A stretch of 64,000 nucleotides of DNA. Origin: Thermoleophilia bacterium UBA2241 (GTDB lineage: Bacteria > Actinomycetota > Thermoleophilia > UBA2241). The DNA is taken from positions 38,663 to 102,662 of the forward strand of contig DDYF01000060.1 of the NCBI GenBank assembly GCA_002347645.1, read 5' to 3'. The translations under genes were made by a program, and so were the position numbers. Below, one piece after another: positions 1 through 10,074 of this stretch; the first letter of the stretch is position 1; every line of letters starts with the position of its first letter. The notes under the pieces were generated by a model that was not told the DNA's origin, made no database searches, and saw nothing but the letters and a program-made list of their open reading frames with translations.

Positions 1-40
1 CCTCGCCGAAGGCGCCCGCGAGGGCGGCCTGGTGTTCTGA
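1..40 (+). CDS. rplR: 50S ribosomal protein L18, C-terminal fragment (gene begins upstream of window)
   Basis: Frame 2 reads ...[12 protein letters not shown] with TGA at 38-40, directly upstream of rpsE as in the spc operon; AAGGAGAAGAGG RBS for rpsE follows. Confidence 0.5.
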   Translation, partial: LAEGAREGGLVF

Positions 41-58
41 CAAGGAGAAGAGGACCCG

Positions 59-619
59 TTGGCTAGAGGATCATTCAACGAGGGCAGCGAGCTCAAGGAG
101 CGCGTGGTCGACATCAATCGCGTCGCCAAGGTCGTAAAGGGCGGCCGGAGGTTCTCGTTCACGGCCCTGGTGGTCGTCGGCGACGAGAACGGTCACGTCG
201 GCGCCGGCTATGGCAAGGCACGCGAGGTCCCTCTCGCCATCCAGAAGGCGATCGAGGACGCGAAGAAGAACCTGTTCACCGTCGCGCGCTTCAACACCAC
301 CATCACCCACCAGATCGTGGGCGAGTTCGGCGCCGCGCGCGTGCTGCTCAAGCCGGCGGCGCCCGGCACCGGCGTCATCGCCGCCGGCGGCGTGCGCGCC
401 GTGCTCGAGCTTGCCGGCGTGCGCGACATCCTGACCAAGTCGCTGGGCACGACCAACCCGATCAACCTGGTGCGGGCGACCGTCCAGGGCCTGCAGTCGC
501 TCAAGACGCCCGAGGGCGTCGCGCGCCTGCGCGGCATCTCGGTCGCCAAGGTCCTCGGTCGTGACGAGGCCGCCGAACCCGTGGCCGCCGAGACGGCGGC
601 ACCGGCAGGGGAGGTCTGA
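59..619 (+). CDS. rpsE: 30S ribosomal protein S5
   Basis: TTG start; [20 protein letters not shown]...GTGVIAAG hallmark S5 motifs; spc operon context. Confidence 0.93.
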   Translation: MARGSFNEGSELKERVVDINRVAKVVKGGRRFSFTALVVVGDENGHVGAGYGKAREVPLAIQKAIEDAKKNLFTVARFNTTITHQIVGEFGAARVLLKPAAPGTGVIAAGGVRAVLELAGVRDILTKSLGTTNPINLVRATVQGLQSLKTPEGVARLRGISVAKVLGRDEAAEPVAAETAAPAGEV

Positions 620-624
620 CCCGG

Positions 625-816
625 ATGGCGAAGCTCGAGATCAAGCAGACGAAGAGCGCGATCGGCCGGCTGCCGAAGCACCGCGGCACGCTGCGCGCGC
701 TGGGCCTGAAGCGTATCGGCCATACCGTGGTCCACGAGGACACCCCCGTGATCCGCGGCATGGTGAACCAGGTCGCGTACCTCCTCGAGGTCCGCGAGGT
801 GAGCAAGAAGTCGTGA
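625..816 (+). CDS. rpmD: 50S ribosomal protein L30
   Basis: 63 aa [35 protein letters not shown]; position after rpsE. Confidence 0.92.
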   Translation: MAKLEIKQTKSAIGRLPKHRGTLRALGLKRIGHTVVHEDTPVIRGMVNQVAYLLEVREVSKKS

Positions 817-817
817 C

Positions 818-1294
818 ATGACCGAACTCGGACTCCATAACCTGCGCCCCAACCCGGGCTCCACCAAGCAGACCAAGCGGCTCGGCCGCGGCAAGGGCAC
901 CGGCCAGGGCAAGACCGCGGGCAAGGGCCACAAGGGCTACAACGCCCGCTCGGGCGGCGGCGTGCGTCCCGGCTACGAGGGCGGTCAGATGCCGCTGTAC
1001 ATGCGCTTGGGCAAGCTGCGCGGCCCGCACATGAAGAAGAGCATGCCGATCGGACCGTTTCGCACGTCCTCCGTCCCGGTGAACGTCGGCCGCCTCGCCA
1101 AGGCCTTCGAGGCCGGCGCCGAAGTCACGCCCGAGGCGCTCGCGGAGAAGGGGATCATCAAGAACACCGGCACGCCGGTGAAGATCCTCGGTGGCGGCGA
1201 GCTCGACAAGGCGCTCACCGTGCGCATGCACCAGTTCTCGCAGACCGCGCGCGCCAAGATCGAGGCCGCCGGCGGCAAGGTCGCGATCATCTAG
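818..1294 (+). CDS. rplO: 50S ribosomal protein L15
   Basis: LRPNPGSTKQTKRLGRGKGTGQGKTAGKGHKG glycine/lysine-rich L15 N-terminus. Confidence 0.92.
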   Translation: MTELGLHNLRPNPGSTKQTKRLGRGKGTGQGKTAGKGHKGYNARSGGGVRPGYEGGQMPLYMRLGKLRGPHMKKSMPIGPFRTSSVPVNVGRLAKAFEAGAEVTPEALAEKGIIKNTGTPVKILGGGELDKALTVRMHQFSQTARAKIEAAGGKVAII

Positions 1295-1316
1295 ACGCGA
1301 CCGGAGGGGCGCGCCC

Positions 1317-2576
1317 GTGAACAACAAGCTCTGGCAGTCGCTCGCCAACTCCTGGAAGATCCCGGAGCTGCGCGCCAAGCTGCTCTTCACCGCGGCGATG
1401 GTCGCGATCTACCGCTTCGGCTGCTACGTCCCGACGCCGGGCATCGACATCGAGGCGCTGGAGGAGTTCTTCGCCAAGGGCGGCGCCGGCGTCGTCGGCT
1501 TCCTCGACCTGTTCTCCGGCGGAGCGCTGGGCAGGGTCGCGGTGTTCGCACTCGGGATCATGCCGTACATCACGGCGTCGATCATCATGCAACTGCTCAC
1601 CGTCGTGATCCCCAAGCTCGAGGAGCTGGCCAAAGAGGGAGAGCAGGGCCAGAAGGTCATCACCAAGTACACCCGCTGGCTCACGGTGGCGCTGGCTCTC
1701 ATGCAGTCGGTCGGGTACGTCTTCCTCTTCGAGCAGTACAATGCCCTCCCCGACCTCAACTACTGGCGCGCCGCGCTCATCGTGATCACGCTGGTCACCG
1801 GGGCCGTCGCCGTCATGTGGCTCGGCGAACTCATCACCGCCCGCGGGCTCGGCAACGGCATGTCGATCATGATCTTCATCAGCATCGTGTCGCGCATCCC
1901 TTCGGGCACCTCGAAGCTGTTCACCCAGAGCCCCGTCTCGATCGTGCTGTTCCTCGTCGTCGCGCTCGCGGTGGTCGTCGCCGTCATCTGGATCACGACT
2001 GGCGAGCGCCGCATCCCGGTGCAGTACGCCAAGCGCGTCGTCGGGCGCCGGATGATGGGCGGCCAGAGCACGTTCATCCCGCTCAAGGTCAACATGGCGG
2101 GCGTCATCCCCGTGATCTTCGCCTCGTCGGTGATGCTGATCCCGTCGACCTTCGCGCAGTTCGTCCCCGGCGGGTTCAGCGACTGGCTCACCAACGCGCT
2201 GAGCCCCAGCGGCATCGCCTACCTCATCGGCGAGGCGCTGCTCATCATCATCTTCACGTACTTCTATACGGCCGTGACGTTCAACCCGATCGACCAGGCC
2301 GACAACCTCAAGAAGTACGGCGGGTTCGTCCCCGGCGTCCGCCCGGGGCGGCCGACGGCGGAGTTCCTCGACCGCATCCTCACGCGGCTGACCTTCCCCG
2401 GGGCGCTCTTCCTGGCCGCGATCGCCGTGCTCCCGTGGTTCCTGTACCGCTTCATGGACGTGCCCTTCTACTTCGGCGGCACGTCCCTGCTCATCGTCGT
2501 CGGCGTGGCGCTGGACACCATGCGCCAGATGGAGGCGCAGCTGCTCATGCGCCACTACGAGGGCTTCCTCAAGTAG
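1317..2576 (+). CDS. secY: preprotein translocase subunit SecY
   Basis: GTG start at 1317 in frame with track ORF 1191..2576 (track ATG overlaps rplO); 10 TM segments, typical SecY N-terminus NNKLWQSLANSWKIPELRAKLLFT. Confidence 0.9.
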   Translation: MNNKLWQSLANSWKIPELRAKLLFTAAMVAIYRFGCYVPTPGIDIEALEEFFAKGGAGVVGFLDLFSGGALGRVAVFALGIMPYITASIIMQLLTVVIPKLEELAKEGEQGQKVITKYTRWLTVALALMQSVGYVFLFEQYNALPDLNYWRAALIVITLVTGAVAVMWLGELITARGLGNGMSIMIFISIVSRIPSGTSKLFTQSPVSIVLFLVVALAVVVAVIWITTGERRIPVQYAKRVVGRRMMGGQSTFIPLKVNMAGVIPVIFASSVMLIPSTFAQFVPGGFSDWLTNALSPSGIAYLIGEALLIIIFTYFYTAVTFNPIDQADNLKKYGGFVPGVRPGRPTAEFLDRILTRLTFPGALFLAAIAVLPWFLYRFMDVPFYFGGTSLLIVVGVALDTMRQMEAQLLMRHYEGFLK

Positions 2577-2610
2577 CCCCCGCCGGCCGTCGCCAATAGG
2601 AGGTCGGCAC

Positions 2611-3276
2611 GTGGCTTCTGACCAGCTGAACGTCATCCTGCTCGGCGCGCCCGGCGCCGGCAAGGGCACCCAGGCCGAGCGCATCGTGGCGGGCTATGGC
2701 CTGCCGCACATCTCCACGGGAGAGATGCTGCGCGCCGCGGTCGACCAGGGGACCGAGATGGGGCGCGCCGCGCAGCACTTCATGCAGGCGGGCGAGCTCG
2801 TGCCCGACGACGTCGTCATCGGCGTGGTGCGCGACCGGCTGGCCGAACCCGACACGCAGCGCGGCTTCTTGCTCGACGGCTTCCCCCGCACGCTCGAGCA
2901 GGCCGAACGCCTCGACGGCATCCTGGCCGATGCCGGGCGCGCCGTCACCCATGTCGTGCTCATCGACGTCCCCGAAGAGGAACTCGTCCAGCGCATCGCG
3001 GGGCGGCGCTCCTGCAGCGAGTGCGGCAAGCTGTACAACGTCACCTTCGACCCGCCCCGCCAGGAGGGCGTCTGCGACACCTGCGGCGCGGCGCTGATGC
3101 AGCGCGCCGACGATAACGAGCAGACCGTGCGCAACCGCTTGGCCGTCTACCGCGAGCAGACGGCGCCGCTCATCGGCTACTACGCGGGCAAGGGCGTGCT
3201 CGGCGAGGCCAAGGGCGGCGGCAAGCTGCCCAACGAGGTGTTCGAGCAGGTGGTCGGGATCCTCGGCGACGCGTGA
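2611..3276 (+). CDS. adk: adenylate kinase
   Basis: P-loop GAPGAGKGTQA, zinc lid CSECGKLYN...CDTCG. Confidence 0.93.
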   Translation: MASDQLNVILLGAPGAGKGTQAERIVAGYGLPHISTGEMLRAAVDQGTEMGRAAQHFMQAGELVPDDVVIGVVRDRLAEPDTQRGFLLDGFPRTLEQAERLDGILADAGRAVTHVVLIDVPEEELVQRIAGRRSCSECGKLYNVTFDPPRQEGVCDTCGAALMQRADDNEQTVRNRLAVYREQTAPLIGYYAGKGVLGEAKGGGKLPNEVFEQVVGILGDA

Positions 3277-3280
3277 GCTC

Positions 3281-4042
3281 TTGATCGTCCGCAAGTCCGC
3301 AGCTGAGGTCGCCCGCATCGCCGCCGCTGGGCGGGTGCTGGCCGACTGCCTCGACATGCTCGCCGGCATCGCGCGCCCGGGCGTGACCACGGCCGAGCTC
3401 GACCGGCGGGCGGAGTCCTTCATCCGCGCACGCGGTGGCGTGCCCACCTTTCTCGGCTACCGGGGCTTCCCGGGGTCGATCTGCGCGTCGCCGAACGACA
3501 TGGTCGTCCACGGTATCCCCGGCTCCTGCTCGGTGGCCGAAGGTGACTTGCTGAGCCTCGACGTGGGCGTGACCCTGGACGGGTACGTGGCCGACTCGGC
3601 GATCACCCTCGCGATGGGGACGGTCGACGCCGAGGCCCGGCGTCTCATGGACGTCACGCGCGAGTCGCTCGAAGCTGCGCTCGCAGAGTGTCGCGTCGGC
3701 CGTCGGCTCGGCGACGTGTCGCACGCGGTCCAGGAGGTCGTCGAGGCGGCGGGCTTCAACGTGGTGCGATCGCTCGTCGGGCACGGCGTCGGCCGGACGA
3801 TGCACGAAGACCCGCAGATCCCCAACTACGGCGACCCTGGTCGTGGGCCGCGCCTGCAAGAAGGCATGGTGTTCGCCATAGAGCCGATGGTGAACGCGGG
3901 CGGCCATGAGGTCTACGTGGCCGACGACGGCTGGAGCATCTACACGAGCGACGGCTCGCTCTCGGCCCATTCCGAGCACACGGTCGCGATCACGAAGGAC
4001 GGCCCGAAGGTGCTCACGCGGAGGAGCTCCGAGGCCGCGTGA
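3281..4042 (+). CDS. map: methionine aminopeptidase type I
   Basis: TTG start; metal-site motifs [16 protein letters not shown], typical secY-adk-map order. Confidence 0.9.
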   Translation: MIVRKSAAEVARIAAAGRVLADCLDMLAGIARPGVTTAELDRRAESFIRARGGVPTFLGYRGFPGSICASPNDMVVHGIPGSCSVAEGDLLSLDVGVTLDGYVADSAITLAMGTVDAEARRLMDVTRESLEAALAECRVGRRLGDVSHAVQEVVEAAGFNVVRSLVGHGVGRTMHEDPQIPNYGDPGRGPRLQEGMVFAIEPMVNAGGHEVYVADDGWSIYTSDGSLSAHSEHTVAITKDGPKVLTRRSSEAA

Positions 4043-4084
4043 GCAGGAGGCTGGGGGGCGGCGCGACGCGGGTTTGACGACGCT

Positions 4085-4114
4085 TGGACTGAGGCTGGCC
4101 GTTTGTGGTAATAT
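4085..4114 (+). promoter_or_regulatory. candidate internal promoter for infA-rpmJ-rpsM...: TTGGAC-18nt-TAATAT
   Basis: -35 TTGGAC 4085-4090, 18-nt spacer, -10 TAATAT 4109-4114, the only AT-rich patch in the map-infA gap. Confidence 0.4.
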
Positions 4115-4151
4115 ATCGGGCCGCTGTCCCGTGAGCCGCAAGACAGGGAGT

Positions 4152-4373
4152 ATGGCGAACAAAGAAGAAGCGATAGAGATCGAAGGCGAGGTCGTCGAGG
4201 CCCTCCCGAACACGATGTTCCGGGTCCTCCTCGACAACAATCACGAGGTCCTCGCCCACATCTCGGGCAAGATGCGCATGAACTACATCCGCATCTTGCC
4301 CGGCGATCGCGTAAAGGTCGAGCTCTCGCCGTATGACCTGACACGCGGGCGTATCACGTACCGGTTCAAGTAG
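4152..4373 (+). CDS. infA: translation initiation factor IF-1
   Basis: 73 aa [25 protein letters not shown]...; internal start of track ORF 3906..4373; RBS GGGAG. Confidence 0.93.
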   Translation: MANKEEAIEIEGEVVEALPNTMFRVLLDNNHEVLAHISGKMRMNYIRILPGDRVKVELSPYDLTRGRITYRFK

Positions 4374-4440
4374 AGAGCGGCCGTCAGCCGCCCCGCAAGG
4401 GGCCCGCGGCGGCCGCCGTTGCGCGTCAGCGAGGGTATCC

Positions 4441-4554
4441 ATGAAGGTCAGAGCGTCAGTCAAGGCGATGTGCGAGAAGTGCAAGGTCATCCGCCGGCAC
4501 GGTACCGTGCAGGTGATCTGCTCGAACCCGCGGCATCGGCAGAGGCAGGGGTAG
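4441..4554 (+). CDS. rpmJ: 50S ribosomal protein L36
   Basis: 37 aa [37 protein letters not shown] (C-x2-C...C-x5-H zinc ribbon); below ORF-track size cutoff. Confidence 0.92.
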   Translation: MKVRASVKAMCEKCKVIRRHGTVQVICSNPRHRQRQG

Positions 4555-4558
4555 GTCA

Positions 4559-4933
4559 ATGGCACGTATCGCCGGCGTCAACATCCCGCCGCAGAAGCGG
4601 GTCGAGATCGGTCTCACTTACATCTACGGCATCGGCCGCTCGACCTCGAACAAGGTCCTCGCGGTGGTCGGCATCGACGCGAACACGAAGGTCCGTGACC
4701 TCACCGAGGAGGAGATCCTTCGCCTCCGCGAGGCCATCGACCGCGAGGTCGAGGTCGAGGGCGACCTGCGCCGCGAGCGCTCGCAGAACATCAAGCGCCT
4801 GATGGACATCGGCTGCTACCGCGGCATTCGTCATCGCCGCGGCATGCCGGTCGACGGGCAGCGCACCAAGACCAACGCGCGCACGCGCAAAGGACCCAAG
4901 AAGACCGTCGGCGCACGCCGCAAGAAGGCGTGA
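4559..4933 (+). CDS. rpsM: 30S ribosomal protein S13
   Basis: [26 protein letters not shown]... Confidence 0.93.
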   Translation: MARIAGVNIPPQKRVEIGLTYIYGIGRSTSNKVLAVVGIDANTKVRDLTEEEILRLREAIDREVEVEGDLRRERSQNIKRLMDIGCYRGIRHRRGMPVDGQRTKTNARTRKGPKKTVGARRKKA

Positions 4934-4968
4934 CGGGCGACCGCCAGAAGAAGCGCAAGGAGTAACGA

Positions 4969-5367
4969 GTGGCCAAGCCGCAGAGAGCCAAGGGACGCCA
5001 GCGCCGCCGGGTGCGCAAGAACATCGCCATCGGCCAGGCGCACATCAAGACCTCGTTCAACAACACGCTGGTGACGCTCACCGACAAGGAGGGCAACGTC
5101 ATCGCGTGGGAGAGCGCCGGATCGGTGGGCTTCAAGGGCTCACGCAAGAGCACGCCCTACGCTGCCCAGGTCACGGCCGAGTCGTGTGCGCGCAAGGGCA
5201 TGGAGCACGGCCTGCAGAAGGTCGAGGTCTTCGTCCGTGGCCCCGGCAGTGGCCGTGAGACGGCCGTGCGTTCGCTGCAGGCCGCTGGCCTCGAGGTCCT
5301 CGGCGTCAGAGACGTCACCCCGGTCCCGCACAACGGCTGTCGGCCGCGCAAGCGTCGCCGGGTCTAG
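4969..5367 (+). CDS. rpsK: 30S ribosomal protein S11
   Basis: [12 protein letters not shown]...[11 protein letters not shown] motifs. Confidence 0.93.
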   Translation: MAKPQRAKGRQRRRVRKNIAIGQAHIKTSFNNTLVTLTDKEGNVIAWESAGSVGFKGSRKSTPYAAQVTAESCARKGMEHGLQKVEVFVRGPGSGRETAVRSLQAAGLEVLGVRDVTPVPHNGCRPRKRRRV

Positions 5368-5379
5368 GAAGGTCGAGTC

Positions 5380-6000
5380 GTGGCTAAAGACACCTCACCA
5401 CAGTGCAAGCAGTGCCGCCGCGAGAACGAGAAGCTCTTTCTCAAGGGCGAACGCTGCCTGACCGACAAGTGCTCCGTCGAGCGGCGGTCCTACGCGCCGG
5501 GCGAGCACGGGCGCGGGCGCATCAAGCAGTCCGAGTACCTGCTGCAGCTGCGCGAGAAGCAGAAGGCGCGGCGGTACTACCAGTTGCTCGAGAAGCAGTT
5601 CCACCAATACTACGAGACGGCGAGCCGCAAGCAGGGCATCACGGGCGAGAACCTGTTGCGCCTCCTTGAGATGAGGCTCGACAACGTCGTCTACCGTCTG
5701 GGCTTCGGCGCCTCCAGGCGCCAGGCGCGCCAGCTCGTGCGTCACGCCCACTTCCTGGTGAACGGCAAGAAGGTCGACATCCCATCCTACCAGGTGCGGC
5801 CCGACGACGTCGTGTCGCTGCGGCCCAACAGCAAGGCCATCGAGGAGGTGCGCGCCGCGACCGATCTCACGTCGTCGGTCGCTCCGTGGCTGCTGGCGGA
5901 CCACGACAACCTGACGGGCAAGGTCCTGCGCGCTCCCGAGCGCGACGAGATCGACACGCCCGTTCAGGAGCAGCTCATCATCGAGCTGTACTCCAAGTAG
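5380..6000 (+). CDS. rpsD: 30S ribosomal protein S4
   Basis: N-terminal C4 zinc knuckle [24 protein letters not shown]4 domain; alpha-operon position. Confidence 0.92.
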   Translation: MAKDTSPQCKQCRRENEKLFLKGERCLTDKCSVERRSYAPGEHGRGRIKQSEYLLQLREKQKARRYYQLLEKQFHQYYETASRKQGITGENLLRLLEMRLDNVVYRLGFGASRRQARQLVRHAHFLVNGKKVDIPSYQVRPDDVVSLRPNSKAIEEVRAATDLTSSVAPWLLADHDNLTGKVLRAPERDEIDTPVQEQLIIELYSK

Positions 6001-6046
6001 ACCGCCAACGCGACACACTGGCGACGACGACCTGACAGGAGGCCCG

Positions 6047-6994
6047 TTGCTTCAGTTCCAGATGCCCAACATCACGCGCGAGCAGCTCGCCAACAACCGG
6101 GCGCGCTTCGAGGTCGAACCCCTCGACCGTGGCTTCGGGCACACGTTCGGCAACGCGCTGCGCCGGGTCCTTCTCTCGTCGCTCGAGGGCGCCGCGGTGA
6201 GCTCCGTGAAGATCGAAGGTGTCGCCCACGAGTTCACGACCGTCAAGGGCGTGAAGGAGGACGTGACCGACGTCATCCTCAACCTCAAGGGTCTCGTCTG
6301 CCGCCTGCACGGCGAGATCGACGAGGTCCAGGTGCGGCTCTTCAAGGAAAAGCCCGGCAAGGTGGTCGCGGCCGACATCGACATCCCGGCCGAGCTCGAG
6401 ATCCTCAACCCCGACCACCAGATCGCGACGCTGTCGGACGGTGGCGCGCTTGAGATGACGCTCACCATTCGCCGCGGGACCGGGTACGTCTCGGCCGACG
6501 GCAACAAGATGCCCGACATGATCATCGGCGACATCCCGATCGACTCCATCTTCAGTCCCATCAAGCGGGTCGCGTACCACGTCGAGAGCGCGCGTGTCGG
6601 GCAGCGCACCGACTACGACAAGCTGATCATCGACATCACCACCAACGGCGCCCTCAACCCGGACGAGGCGCTGCGCCAGGCCGCCGAGATCCTGGTCGAC
6701 AGGTTGACGATGTTCACCGACCCGGACCGGACGCGGACGCCCGAGGACTACATGCTCGAGGGCGTGGGCGTCACCCCGGCTCCCGGCGGCATGGACGAGG
6801 TCCTCATCGAGGACCTCGAGCTGGGGGTGCGCTCATACAACTGCCTGAAGCGCGAGGGTATCCAGACCGTCGGCGACCTCGTCTCCAAGACAGAGGCCGA
6901 GCTGCTCAACATCCCCAACTTCGGCAAGAAGAGCATCGACGAGGTCAAGGACAAGCTTGCCGCGCGTGGCCTGTCTCTGCGGGGTGAGGAGTAA
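6047..6994 (+). CDS. rpoA: DNA-directed RNA polymerase subunit alpha
   Basis: TTG start; NTD and alpha-CTD ([18 protein letters not shown]) motifs. Confidence 0.93.
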   Translation: MLQFQMPNITREQLANNRARFEVEPLDRGFGHTFGNALRRVLLSSLEGAAVSSVKIEGVAHEFTTVKGVKEDVTDVILNLKGLVCRLHGEIDEVQVRLFKEKPGKVVAADIDIPAELEILNPDHQIATLSDGGALEMTLTIRRGTGYVSADGNKMPDMIIGDIPIDSIFSPIKRVAYHVESARVGQRTDYDKLIIDITTNGALNPDEALRQAAEILVDRLTMFTDPDRTRTPEDYMLEGVGVTPAPGGMDEVLIEDLELGVRSYNCLKREGIQTVGDLVSKTEAELLNIPNFGKKSIDEVKDKLAARGLSLRGEE

Positions 6995-7344
6995 TGCGTC
7001 ACCAGCGTTCCGGTCGCAAGTTCAACATGCCGCCAGACCAGCGGCGTTGCCTGCTGTCGGGCTTGGCCTGCCAGCTGCTCGAGCACGAGAAGATCAAGAC
7101 CGGCGAGGCGCGCGCCAAGGAGGTGCGGGGCATCGTCGAGCAGGCCATCACGCTGGGCAAGCGCAACGACCTCCACGCGCGCCGGCAGGCCGTTTCGCTG
7201 CTGCGTAACAAGAAGATCGTCTACAAGCTGTTCAGCGATGTGGCGCCGCGCTACGAGACGCGCAGCGGCGGCTACACGCGCATCGTGAAGCTCGGCCCCC
7301 GCCCCGGCGACGGCGCCGAGCAGGTGTACCTCGAGCTCGTGTAG
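6994..7344 (+). CDS. rplQ: 50S ribosomal protein L17
   Basis: [18 protein letters not shown]...GGYTRIVKLGPRPGD; start overlaps rpoA stop by 1 nt. Confidence 0.93.
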   Translation: MRHQRSGRKFNMPPDQRRCLLSGLACQLLEHEKIKTGEARAKEVRGIVEQAITLGKRNDLHARRQAVSLLRNKKIVYKLFSDVAPRYETRSGGYTRIVKLGPRPGDGAEQVYLELV

Positions 7345-7374
7345 GCGACGCGGCGACGCGAGGTTCGACGCGAA

Positions 7375-7406
7375 GGGGGGCGGGGGCCGAACGGCCCCCG
7401 CCCCCC
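7375..7406 (+). terminator. GC-rich stem-loop terminator after rplQ
   Basis: GGGGGGCGGGGGCC-GAAC-GGCCCCCGCCCCCC perfect 14-bp stem, followed by TTCG. Confidence 0.6.
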
Positions 7407-7486
7407 TTCGCCGTCTCCGCCTGTGGGAGTCTTCGGCCGGCGCCCGTCGCGGCCCCGCGGGACGCCTGCGGTAAGCTCTCCGGGAC

Positions 7487-9295
7487 ATGGCCGCCGACAT
7501 CGTCGCTCTTGAGAACGTACGCTTCCGCTACCCGGGGGTCGAGCGTGACGCGCTGGCGGGTCTCGACCTGACGATCGCCGAAGGAGAGACCCTCGCCGTG
7601 GTCGGGCCGAACGGTTCCGGCAAGTCGACGCTCGCGCGCCTTCTCGCCGGGCTCGCGGCTCCCACGGCAGGTCGTGTGGCCACCGCCTGCGGCTGCGATC
7701 TGCTGACGGCCTCCGGCCGCCTCGCTGCACGGCGCGAGGTAGGGATCCTCTTCCAGAACCCGGAGAACCAGCTCGTCGCGGAGCACGTGGAGGAGGACGT
7801 CGCCTTCGGCCTCGAGAACCTCGCCTGGCCGCCCGAGAGGATCCGTGAGCGCACGGCCGAGATGCTCGCCAGGTTCGACCTGGACGGCCTGCGGCGGCGG
7901 GAACCGCACCTGCTCTCCGGCGGCCAGAAGCAGCGCACCGCTCTCGCCGGGGTCCTCGCCATCCCTCGCCGCCTTCTCGTGCTCGACGAGCCCACGGCGA
8001 TGCTCGACGCCGACGGGCACGACGACGTGCTCGAGGCGGTGCGCCGTCTGCGTGCGAGCGGCATGACGATCGTCGTGGTCACGCAGGAGATGGACGAGGT
8101 CGGGATGGCCGACCGGGTGGTGGCGCTCGATCAGGGCAGCGTCCGGTTCGAGGGGCCGTGCGGCGACCTCTTTGGGCAGATGGGGCTCGTCCGCAGACTG
8201 CGCCTCGGACTGCCCGCCGCCGGCGAGGTCGCGCTCGCGCTCGCGAAGCGCGGGCACACGCTTGCGCGTCTCCCGCTGACGCTCGCCGAGCTCGTGACGG
8301 GCTACGAGTCGGGGGACGCCAGCGTGGGCGACCAGCTCTGGCTGGACGTGCGGGGAGAGGAGAGCGAGGCGCTCGGCGACGACGAGCGGGCGGGTGGCGA
8401 GGACGGAGGTCTGGCGGGCGGCGAGGGCTCCGAGGGTCCCGCCACGGCCCCGTCCGCCGTGCCGCAGCCGCTTCCGCGGACCGGGATGCCCCTTGCCGTC
8501 GAGGGTGTGTCGTTCGCGTACGACGAGGGAGGGAAGCCGATCCCGGCACTGCGAGACGTGAGCTTCGCGGTGGGGGCGGGGGCGGCGGTCGCCCTGTTGG
8601 GCCCCTCCGGGTCGGGCAAGTCGACGCTGTTGCAGGTGCTGCGCGGCCTCCTTGCGCCTGGCGAGGGTCGCGTCGTGCTCGACGGTGTCGCACAGGGCGA
8701 TGCCGATGCCGCGGCCCGGCAGCGCGAGGTCGGCCTGGTGTTCCAGACGCCGGAACTGCAGCTCTTCGCCGGCAGCGCGGCCGAGGACGTGGCGTTCGGG
8801 CCACGGCAGCTCGGCTGGAGCGACGACGTGGTCGAGGCGGCCGTCGAGGCCGCGATGGAGGTGGTCGGGCTGCCGCGTGCCGCCTTCGGCGCGCGGCACC
8901 CGTACTCGCTCTCCGGCGGCGAACAGCGCCGCCTGGCCCTTGCCGGGGTGCTCGCCATGCAGCCCCGGGCGCTGCTGCTCGACGAGCCCTTCGTGAACCT
9001 GGACCCCGGGTCCCGCAGCGAGTTGTCGGCCGTGCTCTGCCGGCTCGTCGCACGGGGGACGACGGTCGTGCTGGCCACGCATGACGTCGACGCCGCGTGG
9101 GCGCTCTGTCGGGAGGTCGTCGTTCTCGACGGCGGCCGCGTGGCGGCGACCGGACGCTGGGGCGGGCCGGATGGCGTCGTCGTCGACGCCCGGCTGGTGC
9201 CGCCGCCGTTCCTGGTCGAGCTGTGGCGGCGCTTGGGGCTCGTTGCGGCCGAGGCTCCCCGCACCGCGGAGCAGGCTGCGGAGGCTCTGGTGTGA
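7487..9295 (+). CDS. ecfA: ECF-transporter energy-coupling ATPase, fused tandem EcfA1-EcfA2
   Basis: Two complete ABC modules (GPNGSGKST/LSGGQKQR/LLVLDEP and GPSGSGKST/LSGGEQRR/LLLDEP) joined by acidic Gly-rich linker; rplQ-ecfAA'-ecfT-truA synteny. Confidence 0.85.
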   Translation: MAADIVALENVRFRYPGVERDALAGLDLTIAEGETLAVVGPNGSGKSTLARLLAGLAAPTAGRVATACGCDLLTASGRLAARREVGILFQNPENQLVAEHVEEDVAFGLENLAWPPERIRERTAEMLARFDLDGLRRREPHLLSGGQKQRTALAGVLAIPRRLLVLDEPTAMLDADGHDDVLEAVRRLRASGMTIVVVTQEMDEVGMADRVVALDQGSVRFEGPCGDLFGQMGLVRRLRLGLPAAGEVALALAKRGHTLARLPLTLAELVTGYESGDASVGDQLWLDVRGEESEALGDDERAGGEDGGLAGGEGSEGPATAPSAVPQPLPRTGMPLAVEGVSFAYDEGGKPIPALRDVSFAVGAGAAVALLGPSGSGKSTLLQVLRGLLAPGEGRVVLDGVAQGDADAAARQREVGLVFQTPELQLFAGSAAEDVAFGPRQLGWSDDVVEAAVEAAMEVVGLPRAAFGARHPYSLSGGEQRRLALAGVLAMQPRALLLDEPFVNLDPGSRSELSAVLCRLVARGTTVVLATHDVDAAWALCREVVVLDGGRVAATGRWGGPDGVVVDARLVPPPFLVELWRRLGLVAAEAPRTAEQAAEALV

Positions 9296-10074
9296 AGGCG
9301 GCGATCACGCAGTACTACCCGGCCGATTCGCCGCTGCACCGTGCCGATCCCCGGGCCAAGTTCGTCGCCGTCATGGCGTTGGCCGTGGCGTTGTTCACGC
9401 GCGACTCGTGGGCAGCGCTGGCCGTGTACGCGGTCGCCGGCGTCGTCGCCTTCGGCCTGAGCCGCGTGCCCCTGCGCTGGGTGTGGCGGGCGATGAAGCC
9501 CGTCCTCTGGCTCATCGCCCTGACCTTCGTCGCGCAGATCCTGTTCGCGCCGGGCGATCCGTTCTTCAGCCTCGGCCCCTTCGAGCTCTCGGGCGAAGGC
9601 CTTCGCCTCGCCGGGTTCCTGAGCGTGAGGCTGCTCGTGCTCATCCTCATCGGGTCGGCGCTCACGCTCACGACGCCGCCGGTGGCCCTGACGGACGCGC
9701 TTGCCTGGCTCGGACGGCCGCTGCGCAGGTTGCGGGTGCCGAGCGACGAGCTCGCCCTCATGATCACCCTCGCGCTGCGCTTCATCCCGACCCTGCTCGT
9801 AGAGCTCGACACGATCATGCGCGCGCAGCGCGCCCGGGGCGCCGACTTCTCCAGCGGCGGGCCGGTGCGCCGGGCGCGCGCGCTGATACCCGTGCTGGTG
9901 CCGCTGTTCGTGGTGAGCTTCCGGCGCGCCGACGACCTGGCGCTGGCGATGGAGGCGCGCTGCTACACGCCCGGCGCGCCGCGCACCCGCCTGCACCCTC
10001 TGCACGCTCGCCTCACGGACGCCTTCCTCCTCGCCGTCGTGGCGGCGGTCATCGTCCTGGCCTCGGTGATCTGA
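9292..10074 (+). CDS. ecfT: ECF transporter transmembrane (T) component
   Basis: GTG 9292 overlapping ecfA stop; CbiQ/EcfT-like TM protein with ARGAD motif region (RAQRARGAD). Confidence 0.8.
   Translation: MKAAITQYYPADSPLHRADPRAKFVAVMALAVALFTRDSWAALAVYAVAGVVAFGLSRVPLRWVWRAMKPVLWLIALTFVAQILFAPGDPFFSLGPFELSGEGLRLAGFLSVRLLVLILIGSALTLTTPPVALTDALAWLGRPLRRLRVPSDELALMITLALRFIPTLLVELDTIMRAQRARGADFSSGGPVRRARALIPVLVPLFVVSFRRADDLALAMEARCYTPGAPRTRLHPLHARLTDAFLLAVVAAVIVLASVI

Noticed and set aside
1191-1316. secY starting at track ATG 1191
   Set aside because: That start overlaps 100 nt of rplO and encodes an Arg/Ser-rich non-SecY peptide. GTG 1317 gives the canonical SecY N-terminus right after the rplO stop.
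7232-9082. Long antisense ORFs overlapping well-supported genes (7232..9082-, 8079..9308-, 8302..10005-, 24635..26998-, 45707..48355-, 49242..51719-, 51658..53199-, 1287..2684-)
   Set aside because: Typical of ~70% GC DNA, where stop codons are rare on the opposite strand. The products are Arg/Ala/Pro/Gly low-complexity with no recognisable motifs and lack RBSs. The sense-strand genes have strong family motifs and operon context.
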